DNA of 64,000 nucleotides from a virus (lineage: Duplodnaviria > Caudoviricetes), in IMG/VR virus record IMGVR_UViG_3300020576_005251, positions 64,001 through 128,000 of that record; one strand, written 5' to 3'. Below are positions 40,664 to 49,452 of this stretch, one piece after another. Made by a program: the position numbers and the translations under genes. Each line of letters starts with the position of its first letter. The first letter of the stretch is position 1. The notes beneath the pieces were generated by a model. The model had not been told where the DNA came from. It saw nothing but the letters and a program-made list of their open reading frames with translations, and made no database searches.

Positions 40664-41212
40664 TCAGCCGCCGTCAGGCCGCCACACTCTACGGAACTCC
40701 ATCAGGTCGAGCTCGGTGGGGCTGTCTGTGAACCGGACCGGGGCCAGCGGATCGGAGTCCTCTCCCAGGATGGGGTTCATGAGCGCGTCGCCGAAGCCGA
40801 TGGTGGAACAGTCTGAAGCCTCCCCCGCGTACTTGCAGACGTGCGACATCCCCAGCACGTGTCCGATCTCGTGGCCGACGGTGGTTCGAAACGCGGTGTC
40901 TCCTTGGGTACATACGGGATCGATCTCGGCGAGCCGAGTCCCGAGGAAGTGTCGCCCCGCCCCGGTCAGCTCGCAGTTCTGCGAATCGAAGCGCCGCACG
41001 ATGACGCGCGCGGTGGATCCGAAGTTGGTCTCGACGAAGCGCGGGCCCAGGCGGTTCATGGTGAGGATCTGGTCACGGATCCGCCGCTTGTCGAGGTCGA
41101 GCCACTCGGAGCTGATGTACACGGACACCTCTCCGTAGAGGGTGGGGTTGTACTGCGTGGGAGACTCGCAGGAGGCGAGAGCGAGGAGAGCGAGGAGTAG
41201 GAGCGCGCGCAT
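40664..41212 (-). CDS. Lipoprotein metalloprotease (metzincin/matrixin-like)
   Basis: Signal peptide with lipobox LASC; HEIGHVLGMSH zinc motif; Met-turn ALMNP. Confidence 0.8.
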   Translation of the reverse strand: MRALLLLALLALASCESPTQYNPTLYGEVSVYISSEWLDLDKRRIRDQILTMNRLGPRFVETNFGSTARVIVRRFDSQNCELTGAGRHFLGTRLAEIDPVCTQGDTAFRTTVGHEIGHVLGMSHVCKYAGEASDCSTIGFGDALMNPILGEDSDPLAPVRFTDSPTELDLMEFRRVWRPDGG

Positions 41213-41239
41213 CTGGAGGTCCTTCGTTGATGGCCAAAA

Positions 41240-41260
41240 GAAACGCCATGGGGGCGTTTC
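41240..41260 (-). terminator. Probable intrinsic terminator
   Basis: 8-bp stem gaaacgcc/ggcgtttc followed by a T-run on the - strand. Confidence 0.45.
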
Positions 41261-41287
41261 CCGGAGTCTAGCACTCCGTGAGAGGGT

Positions 41288-41788
41288 TCAGGGGTCGGGG
41301 AGTTCGAGGAGCGGCGAGTTGTGCCGGTTGAAGGTGACCGTGAGCACGAGTGGTGCCTTCTCCGCGTCAGCAACCGTCACGACGAGCATCAGGTAGCCCG
41401 TGTCCACCCCTCGACCCGGAGCGCACTTGTACGCCGTCCTCGACAACGGGGCATCGTTGTCTGGACTCACGACACCCGCTTGGTAGTCGTTGTCGACGCT
41501 GTGGGAGTACAGGTGCGCCACGTGAGAGCCCCTGACGGGTGACGACGGGTCATATGGCCACTCAAGGGTCACCCCTCTCAGCGGGTTGTTCGTACCGGGA
41601 GCGATGTACTTGTCCACCACGCCGTAGATGTCCGCGGGGATGCGGAACCGAAACACACCTCCCTCCCCGGCTCGGGTTTGTACGAGCCCGAGCTCGGGGT
41701 CGCGCTTCGCCGCCACCCACGTAGCCAGCGCTGCAAGGTCGTTGGGCCCAAGATCCCGAGTGCGCTTGTGCAGATCCTTCCTTCTCAC
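41288..41788 (-). CDS. Hypothetical protein
   Basis: GTG start overlapping the TGA of the upstream micro-ORF. Confidence 0.55.
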   Translation of the reverse strand: MRRKDLHKRTRDLGPNDLAALATWVAAKRDPELGLVQTRAGEGGVFRFRIPADIYGVVDKYIAPGTNNPLRGVTLEWPYDPSSPVRGSHVAHLYSHSVDNDYQAGVVSPDNDAPLSRTAYKCAPGRGVDTGYLMLVVTVADAEKAPLVLTVTFNRHNSPLLELPDP

Positions 41789-41856
41789 CACACCCTCCAG
41801 ACGTAGACGACGACGAGGACGATCACGATCAGCATGACGATTCCATCGATGGGCAT
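41785..41856 (-). CDS. 23-aa single-TM microprotein (not in ORF track)
   Basis: GGAGG RBS + ATG; MPIDGIVMLIVIVLVVVYVWRVW*; GTGA-coupled to next gene. Confidence 0.55.
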   Translation of the reverse strand: MPIDGIVMLIVIVLVVVYVWRVW

Positions 41857-42012
41857 AGGTAGCCTCCACAGGCTTATACCAGAGAGTTGCGCCAGTTACG
41901 GGCGCCAGCGGGGGCGAGTGCCCCACGCCCAGACGAGATAGCCGCCGACGGTCACGAGACAGATCAGGTCAAAGTAGATCACAGGGCCTCCTTGGGGTTA
42001 CACTTGACTATC

Positions 42013-43119
42013 GTGCACGAGATCTACCGCAGGATCAATACGCCGTACGCCCCGCTCCGCAAGGAGGCGTCGGGCATCCTGGGCGGTCTCGCTCACGGGC
42101 TCGGGATGGGGGTGGCAGGACACGCCGGGACGAACTTCCTCGGGATGAAGGCCCACCACCACTCGAACATCGGGGAGGTGCTCGCCCACCGGGGCTTTCA
42201 GCACGGGTTGCTGGAGCAGCGGATCTCCCCGGTGATGGAGCAGTCGATCAAGTCGGTGTTCGGCCCTGAGTCGCTGATCAACTACCACGCGGCGGTCGAG
42301 GCCGGGAAGCACTTCGTGACGAAGGCCCCGAACCCCGACCAACGTCGCAACGCGCTCCTCCTGGCGACTCAGCACGCGCTGCCTCACGACATGCCCGTGC
42401 TCTCGCAACTCCAGAGCGCGATGAACCACGAGCTGCAAGGGACCGCCCCTACGCTCAACGCGAAGGGGCTGAGCGCGTCGGTCTACGGGAAGATCCTCGA
42501 CAGCCTCACGAACAACCCGGTCACGGGGATGGAGACGAAGGCGCAGGCGGCGTGGAAGCACCTGAAGGGGGCGGGGCCTGCGGCGGCGATGGTCGGGGCC
42601 GACGTGGGGATGAGTGGCGTGCCATTGGGTGCCTTGGCACACTTCGGATGGAATGGGATGCGACAGGGGGCAGCGGCGACGGACATCGGTCAGCGGATCG
42701 CCGCCGACCAGATCGCGAAGGGCCTGAGCGGGGGAGTGCCCAAGTCCACGACGAAGTGGGACATCGGACTGAGCCCCGCCTACCTGGACGGGCAGCGGTT
42801 CGGCGGCGCATTGCGTAGGGCGATCCCTCAAGTGGGGTTGAAGAAGACACCCGAGGCACTCGCGTCGCGCTTGAGTACACCTGTGGGTAGTCGTACCGTT
42901 ACACGGGAGCCGGGCCGGGCCCTGGAGACTGCACACGACGTGCACAAGATCACACACAATCGTGGCGTCTTGGGGCAGTCGGATCCCGGGGCCAATCCAC
43001 GTCTACAAGAGCTGATCGTGAACAAGATGCGTCAGGCGGAGCCCGCGAAGTACAAGCTGGAACCTCTGATGGATCGCATCGTGCCTCGGTGGCGCCCACA
43101 AGTAAGGACGACAACATGA
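42013..43119 (+). CDS. Putative internal virion protein
   Basis: TACACT-N8-GTG start; short leader ending LRKEAS; Gly-rich segments. Confidence 0.55.
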   Translation: MHEIYRRINTPYAPLRKEASGILGGLAHGLGMGVAGHAGTNFLGMKAHHHSNIGEVLAHRGFQHGLLEQRISPVMEQSIKSVFGPESLINYHAAVEAGKHFVTKAPNPDQRRNALLLATQHALPHDMPVLSQLQSAMNHELQGTAPTLNAKGLSASVYGKILDSLTNNPVTGMETKAQAAWKHLKGAGPAAAMVGADVGMSGVPLGALAHFGWNGMRQGAAATDIGQRIAADQIAKGLSGGVPKSTTKWDIGLSPAYLDGQRFGGALRRAIPQVGLKKTPEALASRLSTPVGSRTVTREPGRALETAHDVHKITHNRGVLGQSDPGANPRLQELIVNKMRQAEPAKYKLEPLMDRIVPRWRPQVRTTT

Positions 43120-44123
43120 AGACTCTCTACAACGATATTCTCACGAAAACTGCCGCCGCCGCGTGGCAACGCGCGTTGCGAGCAGGTACGATCGGTGCTG
43201 CGGAGATTCAGCGGTTGGCGCCTCACGCTTCGCCATCGAATCTGGCAGGTGTTCGCAGTCACCTCCAAACTCCGGGCGCGGAGCTGTCAGGCGCGGCGCT
43301 CAATCGGTACCAACACGGCGCCGAAGCGCGTTCGAAGCTAAAGGTGCTCGCGACACCGTCGGGAATGTTGAAGAACCACCCGACGCTTGGGCCGGGAGTC
43401 ATCCCCTCGATGGAGGGGGGTCAGATCGGTGTGAGCACTCAAGTCGGTACGACGCTGCGCCTGATGAGTGGGCGTGGCGCAACGAAGGCGGTGGCCCAAG
43501 GCGCGATGGTGAGCGGTAAAGAGATTCCCCAGAGTCTCTACTCCCGACTTGCCGAGCCGGGCGATCGTAGCCTCTTTTCAAGCACTGCGGCGCACGAACT
43601 GGCGGAGCGTCAAGGTATGAGCGCGATGGGGCACGGCACACTCAATGCGAATCCTGTGGCCAGCCACATCAGCGTAGCTCCGCTACTCGCGGAGAGAATC
43701 GGACAGCGTGACAGTGAGGCACTCCGCGTATTCGATCAGCTCCGCGCCACGACCGGGAAGGACGATCCGCGAGTTCGCAAGAAGCTCCGGGAGATGGGGA
43801 TGGTAGCCAACTACACGCCGCCGCTGGGAGGGCGTACGCATCGAAGTATGGAGGCGTACACCGCCGGTATGCCCATCGAAGACGCCGCGCTGAACAGGTA
43901 CCGGATGGGCGGGCGAATCACGCCGACCCGCGAGGGCGCACAGACCGCTGCCCGCTGGGGTAACCGCTACGACCGAGTCAAGAAGTATCTACCGGAACAA
44001 ACGGTGAAGAACCTCGATGAGCTTCGGAGCGACTACCACGAGGTCTTGAACAGGCCGCTTGCGTTCAATAAGCAGGATCCTACACAGGTGCGCGCCCTGA
44101 CGGCAACCTATACGTCCGTCTGA
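43116..44123 (+). CDS. Putative internal virion protein (possible HExxE metal site)
   Basis: ATGA-coupled start MKTLYNDILTKTAA; AAHELAER. Confidence 0.5.
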   Translation: MKTLYNDILTKTAAAAWQRALRAGTIGAAEIQRLAPHASPSNLAGVRSHLQTPGAELSGAALNRYQHGAEARSKLKVLATPSGMLKNHPTLGPGVIPSMEGGQIGVSTQVGTTLRLMSGRGATKAVAQGAMVSGKEIPQSLYSRLAEPGDRSLFSSTAAHELAERQGMSAMGHGTLNANPVASHISVAPLLAERIGQRDSEALRVFDQLRATTGKDDPRVRKKLREMGMVANYTPPLGGRTHRSMEAYTAGMPIEDAALNRYRMGGRITPTREGAQTAARWGNRYDRVKKYLPEQTVKNLDELRSDYHEVLNRPLAFNKQDPTQVRALTATYTSV

Positions 44124-44639
44124 TCAAACCGGCTCCCTGACATCCCCCCACGACAGCCCCGCGTAGACCAGCTTGAACGCCGTCGTCACTCCGATGGCCT
44201 CTTCGAAGATGGAGATGCGCCGGAGATGGTCCCCGATGCCGTAGGTAAAGAGGCAACGCTCAATGAAGAGGGCTGCACGGCCGAAGTCGTAGCGACGGAC
44301 GGTTGACAGCTTCTCCCACCGGCTTGGGCTCCAGCCCGCGTATACGACGTACGCGTAAGCCACCCGCGCCATCGACTGAAGGATGCGGTTGTGCCGCCTG
44401 TCCGTGTGGAAGCGCGCGACCTGTTCCGGCGAGAGCTTCTTGATGAACTCCTCGTACCTCGCGGGATCCCGGCAGACCCACACAGCCTCAGGGCCGTACA
44501 GCGCCTCCAGCGGAGCTGTTCGAAGTTCACTCCCACTGAACCCGGGCGCGTAGCGGGAGGGCTCTGCGCGGAAGAACTCAGTGGCCTCTACGAGGTACGT
44601 GTCGACATCGTCGACATCATCGTCTATGTTGTCACGCAT
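44124..44639 (-). CDS. Hypothetical protein
   Basis: 171-aa ORF with plausible composition. Confidence 0.55.
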   Translation of the reverse strand: MRDNIDDDVDDVDTYLVEATEFFRAEPSRYAPGFSGSELRTAPLEALYGPEAVWVCRDPARYEEFIKKLSPEQVARFHTDRRHNRILQSMARVAYAYVVYAGWSPSRWEKLSTVRRYDFGRAALFIERCLFTYGIGDHLRRISIFEEAIGVTTAFKLVYAGLSWGDVREPV

Positions 44640-44680
44640 ACGAACAGACTAGCGCCTTTGGGGGCAAAAGAAAAGGCGAC

Positions 44681-44712
44681 GCCCGACTCACCTCTCGCGA
44701 GGTGAGTCGGGC
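44681..44712 (-). terminator. Intrinsic terminator
   Basis: Perfect 14-bp stem gcccgactcacctc/gaggtgagtcgggc, 4-nt loop, T-tract shortly after on the - strand, just past the stop at 44719. Confidence 0.8.
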
Positions 44713-44718
44713 AGGAGA

Positions 44719-45042
44719 TCAGTTCTCGAATACGATGTCGTCTCCGACCACTTCCTGCGCCTGGGCGGCGGCGAGCGCTTCTGCCCGCCACCTCACCCAC
44801 GCCTTGATCTCGGGGATCACGAGGGCCTGAGTCATGCCGCCCCAGCACGTGGCTGCATGGGCGCGGCGGGCGCGCGAGAAGGCCGTCATCGCAGGCGGCA
44901 GGGCCGCGCTGATGATGGTGGGGACGAGCACGAACGCGGACTCCACCACGACTTGCGCGGCAATCTCCGCGTTCTGATCCGAGGCGCCGAGGCGGGTGGC
45001 GAGGCCGTGGACGGTGGACAGTGCAGAGTGGATGATCTTCAT
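44719..45042 (-). CDS. Hypothetical protein (monocistronic, early-type)
   Basis: AGGAG RBS; own promoter-like motif and terminator. Confidence 0.6.
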   Translation of the reverse strand: MKIIHSALSTVHGLATRLGASDQNAEIAAQVVVESAFVLVPTIISAALPPAMTAFSRARRAHAATCWGGMTQALVIPEIKAWVRWRAEALAAAQAQEVVGDDIVFEN

Positions 45043-45086
45043 GGACGTTCTCCTGGTACCTGTAGGGCACACTGCTCCTACACCTC

Positions 45087-45115
45087 CTTATACCAGAAAA
45101 CACCCCCTGTTTCAG
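45087..45115 (-). promoter_or_regulatory. sigma70-like promoter CTGAAA-N17-TATAAG
   Basis: Similar arrangement at 45500-45528, 31490-31519 and 56019-56046. Confidence 0.55.
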
Positions 45116-45483
45116 GGCGCCCGGAAGTGGATCTTGAGGTCCTTGATTCCGAGGGCGCGAAGGGTCCCGTTGAGGTCTCCCATGAGATCGTCGTTGATCT
45201 TCGCCATCACACTGGGCGTGAAGTGGTCTGCGACGTACTCCATCTCCAGGACCCAGCCAGGGAGATCCGGAGCCGCCGCGTTCCGTTTCACGGGCGCGAT
45301 CACGAAGTCGTACTGCGTCAGCGGGTGCTCGCGACAGGTTGCGGGCGCGTGCTTGGCGTAGGTGCCGAGGGCCTTCTCCCAAAGGCCCAGTCGGAAGCGG
45401 CTCAGGAGAAAGTCAGAGTCGCAGAAGACGCGAAACGTGCGGTAGCCCAGCACATAGCGAACGCGGATGTCAGAACGGTCCAT
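45112..45483 (-). CDS. Hypothetical protein
   Basis: GGAGG RBS with promoter-like motif upstream. Confidence 0.6.
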   Translation of the reverse strand: MDRSDIRVRYVLGYRTFRVFCDSDFLLSRFRLGLWEKALGTYAKHAPATCREHPLTQYDFVIAPVKRNAAAPDLPGWVLEMEYVADHFTPSVMAKINDDLMGDLNGTLRALGIKDLKIHFRAP

Positions 45484-45524
45484 AGAACACCTCCACGTAC
45501 TTATACCCGGGGAGGTGCTCCCTT

Positions 45525-46067
45525 TCAGACCGTGATCCGCCTCTCATCCGGCCCGAACTCCCCCGCCTTCTCGAAGATCAGCACCCAGTCCAGGCCCGGT
45601 TCCAGCCACACGGGGGCCTTCCAGCGGCCCGTGGCGTCGGTCAATACGGCGTACTCCGACACGTCCCGACGCCCACGGTCCCACTCCGAGGCCCGAAAGA
45701 GCCGGATGATGGCGTCGGGGATCCCCTGGTTGGAGGGGGTCACGTAGCGCAGGTTGTCAGGGTCTTCGAAGTTGTGGTCCACCCGGGTGCGCGAGGCGAG
45801 CCCTGCGGCGACAGCGGCGGACGGCTGGAAGGGGCCGCTGTCGCCGTAGAGCTCCCCGTTGGGGCCGAGGGCGCGTACGCGGTACACGGTGGTGTCGGTG
45901 CCCTGAGGGTCCTCGATGGAGAAGCGACGGAAGGGCGCCTCCCAGTAGGGCCCGGGGACCTGATGGGCGATGGAGGTCAGGAAGCGCTCGGGGGTCTCGA
46001 CGAGGTGGACCTCGTAGCGCGTGGGGGTGTAGACCTCGGGCGGGGTCCAGTAGATGCGTTGGGCCAT
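45525..46067 (-). CDS. Putative virion structural protein (beta-rich)
   Basis: TACCCT-N6-ATG start; VDHNF…LRYV…TDATGRW. Confidence 0.5.
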   Translation of the reverse strand: MAQRIYWTPPEVYTPTRYEVHLVETPERFLTSIAHQVPGPYWEAPFRRFSIEDPQGTDTTVYRVRALGPNGELYGDSGPFQPSAAVAAGLASRTRVDHNFEDPDNLRYVTPSNQGIPDAIIRLFRASEWDRGRRDVSEYAVLTDATGRWKAPVWLEPGLDWVLIFEKAGEFGPDERRITV

Positions 46068-46138
46068 GAGAGAAGGGTACGCTTGCCAAAGAAAAGGGGA
46101 CAGGGTATATTGCCTGAGACGGCTTGGTCGCGGTCGGG

Positions 46139-46171
46139 CGAAGGGCGTAGGAGTTTCTCCTACGCCCTTCG
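46139..46171. terminator. Perfect 15-bp hairpin, probable terminator
   Basis: cgaagggcgtaggag-ttt-ctcctacgcccttcg just after the stop at 46183. Confidence 0.65.
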
Positions 46172-46182
46172 TCTTTGGTGGG

Positions 46183-46464
46183 TCAGGGCCGCTTCAACTC
46201 CTTGTAGTACTTGGTGCTCAGGTCGACGTATCTCTTCCAGGCGCTGTACATGCGCCTGGGATTGCGGTCCATCTCAGCCAGCTCGTGCGCGACCGGATTG
46301 AATCCGCCGAGAACCAGCGCGTGTTCTCGGATGAGGGACTCCAGGTGATCCGACTTGCTGACCCCCGGCTTTCGTTTCCAGCCCCACCCTCGGCGGAGTT
46401 CCTCAGCCGTGGTACGGGCCCATCCATCGACCTGCTTCCACATGTACTTCCGATAGGGCGTCAT
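46183..46464 (-). CDS. Hypothetical protein
   Basis: ATGA-coupled start MTPYRK. Confidence 0.55.
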   Translation of the reverse strand: MTPYRKYMWKQVDGWARTTAEELRRGWGWKRKPGVSKSDHLESLIREHALVLGGFNPVAHELAEMDRNPRRMYSAWKRYVDLSTKYYKELKRP

Positions 46465-46787
46465 CCGACAGGTTCCTTCGGAATGATCTGGAGGTACGAC
46501 GGCATGGCGTGCAGGGCTCTCCACGCGTCATAACACCTGCGTACGGCTTCCTCCTTGCTCATCCACGTCCGGGTGTCTTCGCCGTGCCAGATGAGAACGT
46601 GGCCGGTCTCCACCTGGAGGATGCGGACGGTGTCCAGCGAGATCTCGTGAGGCACCTCGTTTTCGGGGAAGCGCATCATGTGCACGCCTCCCTTCTCGAA
46701 GCGGATCGTGGGGAGGAGGGCGGTCTGCTCCTTGAGAAAACGCTCCGCTGCGGCGGCTTGGGCCAGATAGGTGTTGCTGATCTTCAC
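46461..46787 (-). CDS. Hypothetical protein
   Basis: GGAGG RBS; GTGA-coupled. Confidence 0.55.
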   Translation of the reverse strand: MKISNTYLAQAAAAERFLKEQTALLPTIRFEKGGVHMMRFPENEVPHEISLDTVRILQVETGHVLIWHGEDTRTWMSKEEAVRRCYDAWRALHAMPSYLQIIPKEPVG

Positions 46788-47125
46788 GTCGTAGCCTCCT
46801 TCTCGAACAGCACCATGTAGAGATAGCCACCCGACGCCCGGGGGTTGTATCGCATCACCCACTTCGAATACGCCGTAAGGCTCACTTCGTACTCGCAGTC
46901 GGCACGCGGGTCCAGATCGCTCCCGGAGTCCCGCAGGTCCTTCTTCACCTCGGAGATGAAGCGCTTGATGACCTTCTTCGGCACGTCAGCGCCGAGGCGG
47001 CTCTGTCGATCCGGCAGGAACTCCAGCGGCAATCGTCGATTGCCGTAGTTGAGGATCGCCCGCGCCGCCCAGGCGCGCTTGGTGCCTTCGGGAGGGCGGA
47101 GGCCGTACCACTCGTCGGTGGTCAT
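46784..47125 (-). CDS. Hypothetical protein
   Basis: ATGA-coupled start MTTDEW. Confidence 0.55.
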   Translation of the reverse strand: MTTDEWYGLRPPEGTKRAWAARAILNYGNRRLPLEFLPDRQSRLGADVPKKVIKRFISEVKKDLRDSGSDLDPRADCEYEVSLTAYSKWVMRYNPRASGGYLYMVLFEKEATT

Positions 47126-47358
47126 GCCTTCACCCGCATCTTCGGCGGCACGAGCTCCGGCAGCGGGTCGAGTCTTCGCAGGGTCGTGGCGAGGTTCTCG
47201 CAGTTGAAGGCGCGACTGTCGTCTTCGAGGCACCAGGGGGTGTCGGGCGAGTTGGTGTTGTCGTTGTCGATGATCTCAGACACGGCGTGCAGGGGCGCGT
47301 GGTCCCGCGTCAGCTCGTAGAGGAACGCGACCAGGGGGTCATTCGTGATGCGACTCAT
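47122..47358 (-). CDS. Small hypothetical protein
   Basis: MSRITNDPLVAFLYELTRDH. Confidence 0.55.
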   Translation of the reverse strand: MSRITNDPLVAFLYELTRDHAPLHAVSEIIDNDNTNSPDTPWCLEDDSRAFNCENLATTLRRLDPLPELVPPKMRVKA

Positions 47359-47716
47359 TCTCTTTCTCCAGTGTCTTGATGGCGTTGTCGAGGAGCGCGA
47401 GCACGTCCTCGATGGTGGATTGGTCGTTGAAGGCCGGGATGTTGTCGTAGCCGCGCGCGGCGTCGGGCTCGGGGATGAACTGCTCCAGTGTAACTTCCGC
47501 ATGCCGACGCCGCCCTGGACGCGCCTGCCCCTGGTCTGCGAGAGCTCTCCACACCGCACCGATCAGGCAGAAACTACACGCTTCCGGGCTCGGGGGCGGG
47601 CAGGGGCGTCGGGAAGCGTCCCTCGCGAACGCGCCCTGACTCCACCCCTGCGTCGTCAGAATCTCTCGGGCTGCGCGGAACGTCTCGATCCACTGGGACT
47701 TGGACAGCTCACTCAC
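47339..47716 (-). CDS. DUF6197-like protein, copy 1
   Basis: AREIL..QGWSQGAFARD…FCLIGA…AFND…VLALLDNAI. Confidence 0.6.
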   Translation of the reverse strand: MSELSKSQWIETFRAAREILTTQGWSQGAFARDASRRPCPPPSPEACSFCLIGAVWRALADQGQARPGRRRHAEVTLEQFIPEPDAARGYDNIPAFNDQSTIEDVLALLDNAIKTLEKENESHHE

Positions 47717-48495
47717 TTCGCCACCGATTCGATGGCCTTGTCGAGGACGGCCAGCACGTCCGACAGCTTCGTGTTGGGGCGGTCGTTGAACGCGGCGGCA
47801 GGGGCGAGGTCGTCGTCCGCGTCCGGACCCTCCCCATCCCCCTCTTCCTCTCCGACCGCAGGGATGTGTGGCGCCAGGATCGGATCCACCAGATCGCGCC
47901 AGCTGTCGGGGCAGCGGGAGCGCTCGTGCATCTCGCGCGCGATCGCGCCCAGCATGCAGAAACAAGCCGCACTAGCATTGTCCGGGCTGACTTTTCGCCC
48001 GCTCGAATCTCGTGCGAGGCTTCCCTTGCACCACCCGTCTTCCAGGCGACTCTTCGCCGCGCCCAGGATGTTGACCCACTCCGTCTCGCTGATGTCAATG
48101 GCCATGCGTGACTCCTTCAGTTTGTCTGTTGCGTGCATGATCGCGTACTTGATCGCCACACGCCCAGCGCGCGCGTCGACGTAGGCGTGTATGAAACGCC
48201 ATAGATCCTCGGGCGTGAGGTTGTCGACTACCCCACGATCATTGACGGACTGTAGTTCGAGGCAGTCCGCTGGAGAGAAGCCCATGGACGCCAACCACTC
48301 GCCCACCAAGGGCTGCGTGTGGTTGCGTCTGGCGTAGTCGTACTGCCAGGACTTCTCGCGGTCGATGGTGGGGTCGAAGGTGCCGAAGACACAGCCACAC
48401 TGCATGTTGTGATTCCAGGCCATGTGTGTGAGGAGGCGACGACGTGGCGCCGGGGTCGCATCCATCAGCTTGAGGAGGTTCTCCCAGGGGTTCAT
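47713..48495 (-). CDS. Fusion of a CGCxFGT domain and DUF6197-like copy 2
   Basis: N-terminus MNPWENLL…CGCVFGT (like 52704-53117); C-terminus GWCKGSLARD…FCMLGA…FNDRP. Confidence 0.6.
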   Translation of the reverse strand: MNPWENLLKLMDATPAPRRRLLTHMAWNHNMQCGCVFGTFDPTIDREKSWQYDYARRNHTQPLVGEWLASMGFSPADCLELQSVNDRGVVDNLTPEDLWRFIHAYVDARAGRVAIKYAIMHATDKLKESRMAIDISETEWVNILGAAKSRLEDGWCKGSLARDSSGRKVSPDNASAACFCMLGAIAREMHERSRCPDSWRDLVDPILAPHIPAVGEEEGDGEGPDADDDLAPAAAFNDRPNTKLSDVLAVLDKAIESVAK

Positions 48496-48914
48496 TCGTA
48501 CACCCATAGAAACTTGGTGTCTGTGTATGGCTCGCCATCTGGTGTGCGGAGCGTCACGCCGGTCAGGTCGTAGCCGAAAGGCGGACCGTCGATGCTTACC
48601 TCACGGCCATCAGAACGTTGGAGCCTGTAGATGGTGCGCAGATCCGCGCAACTAGCGTCATGCTCCAACATCCCGCTGAGGGTGTCTGCGTCCGTGTACA
48701 CCGCGACAACGCGTGGAACATTCAGGTCCTTGTCCCGCCAGATCCTACCTACCGAGTTCTTGATTGCTGCTGCGCCAGTGCCTGCCATCTCGCAGGGATA
48801 GCTCAGCCCACGACTCGTTGTCAGTGTTCTTGAAGGCGGGCTCTTGCGCTCGATCTCGAAGTGCGTCTCGTCGCCGTCGGCGTGGACGAACTTCACTTGG
48901 ATCTTGTCACTCAC
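48492..48914 (-). CDS. Hypothetical protein
   Basis: Coupled ORF. Confidence 0.55.
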   Translation of the reverse strand: MSDKIQVKFVHADGDETHFEIERKSPPSRTLTTSRGLSYPCEMAGTGAAAIKNSVGRIWRDKDLNVPRVVAVYTDADTLSGMLEHDASCADLRTIYRLQRSDGREVSIDGPPFGYDLTGVTLRTPDGEPYTDTKFLWVYE

Positions 48915-49452
48915 TCTTGATCTCCTTCGCAGCTTGGCGAATCACCTGCGGCGCATCGAAGAGCCACTTCGACTCACCTTGCGGGAGGGTGTCCAGTTCA
49001 TCTCGAATCGCATTGAGCTGCTTGGCGTCTTCGGCCGTCAGCTCCTCCCTCGCGAGAAGTTCGTCCCGCTGCTTCTGAAGTTCGAGCACGCGTGGCGATC
49101 GGTAGCCGAGGCGAACGATCGCGGCGAGCTTGGGGTAGCTGAGGTCACCAGCTAACTTGTGGGACATGCCGACAGCGCGGCTGACGGCCAGGACGTTCGG
49201 GTCGTAGCCGAACCGCCAGGGGGTGGTGATGCTCAGGTACACGAGGCCGTACGCCGTACGACGCCCTTCGCAGTAGAGCAGAGAAAGCGCCTGTCGGGCT
49301 TTGGCGTGGAAGCGCGCCCAGAAGACATCGTCGTAGATGCGGGAGTGGGCCACGTGGCCTCGGAGAACCTGGGAAGGCACGTGACTTGAGATCGAGAGGG
49401 CCGACGCGTTGAGATAGCGAAGGCCGAACAGGCGTTGACTCATGAAACTCAT
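48907..49452 (-). CDS. Hypothetical protein
   Basis: Coupled ORF. Confidence 0.55.
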   Translation of the reverse strand: MSFMSQRLFGLRYLNASALSISSHVPSQVLRGHVAHSRIYDDVFWARFHAKARQALSLLYCEGRRTAYGLVYLSITTPWRFGYDPNVLAVSRAVGMSHKLAGDLSYPKLAAIVRLGYRSPRVLELQKQRDELLAREELTAEDAKQLNAIRDELDTLPQGESKWLFDAPQVIRQAAKEIKSE

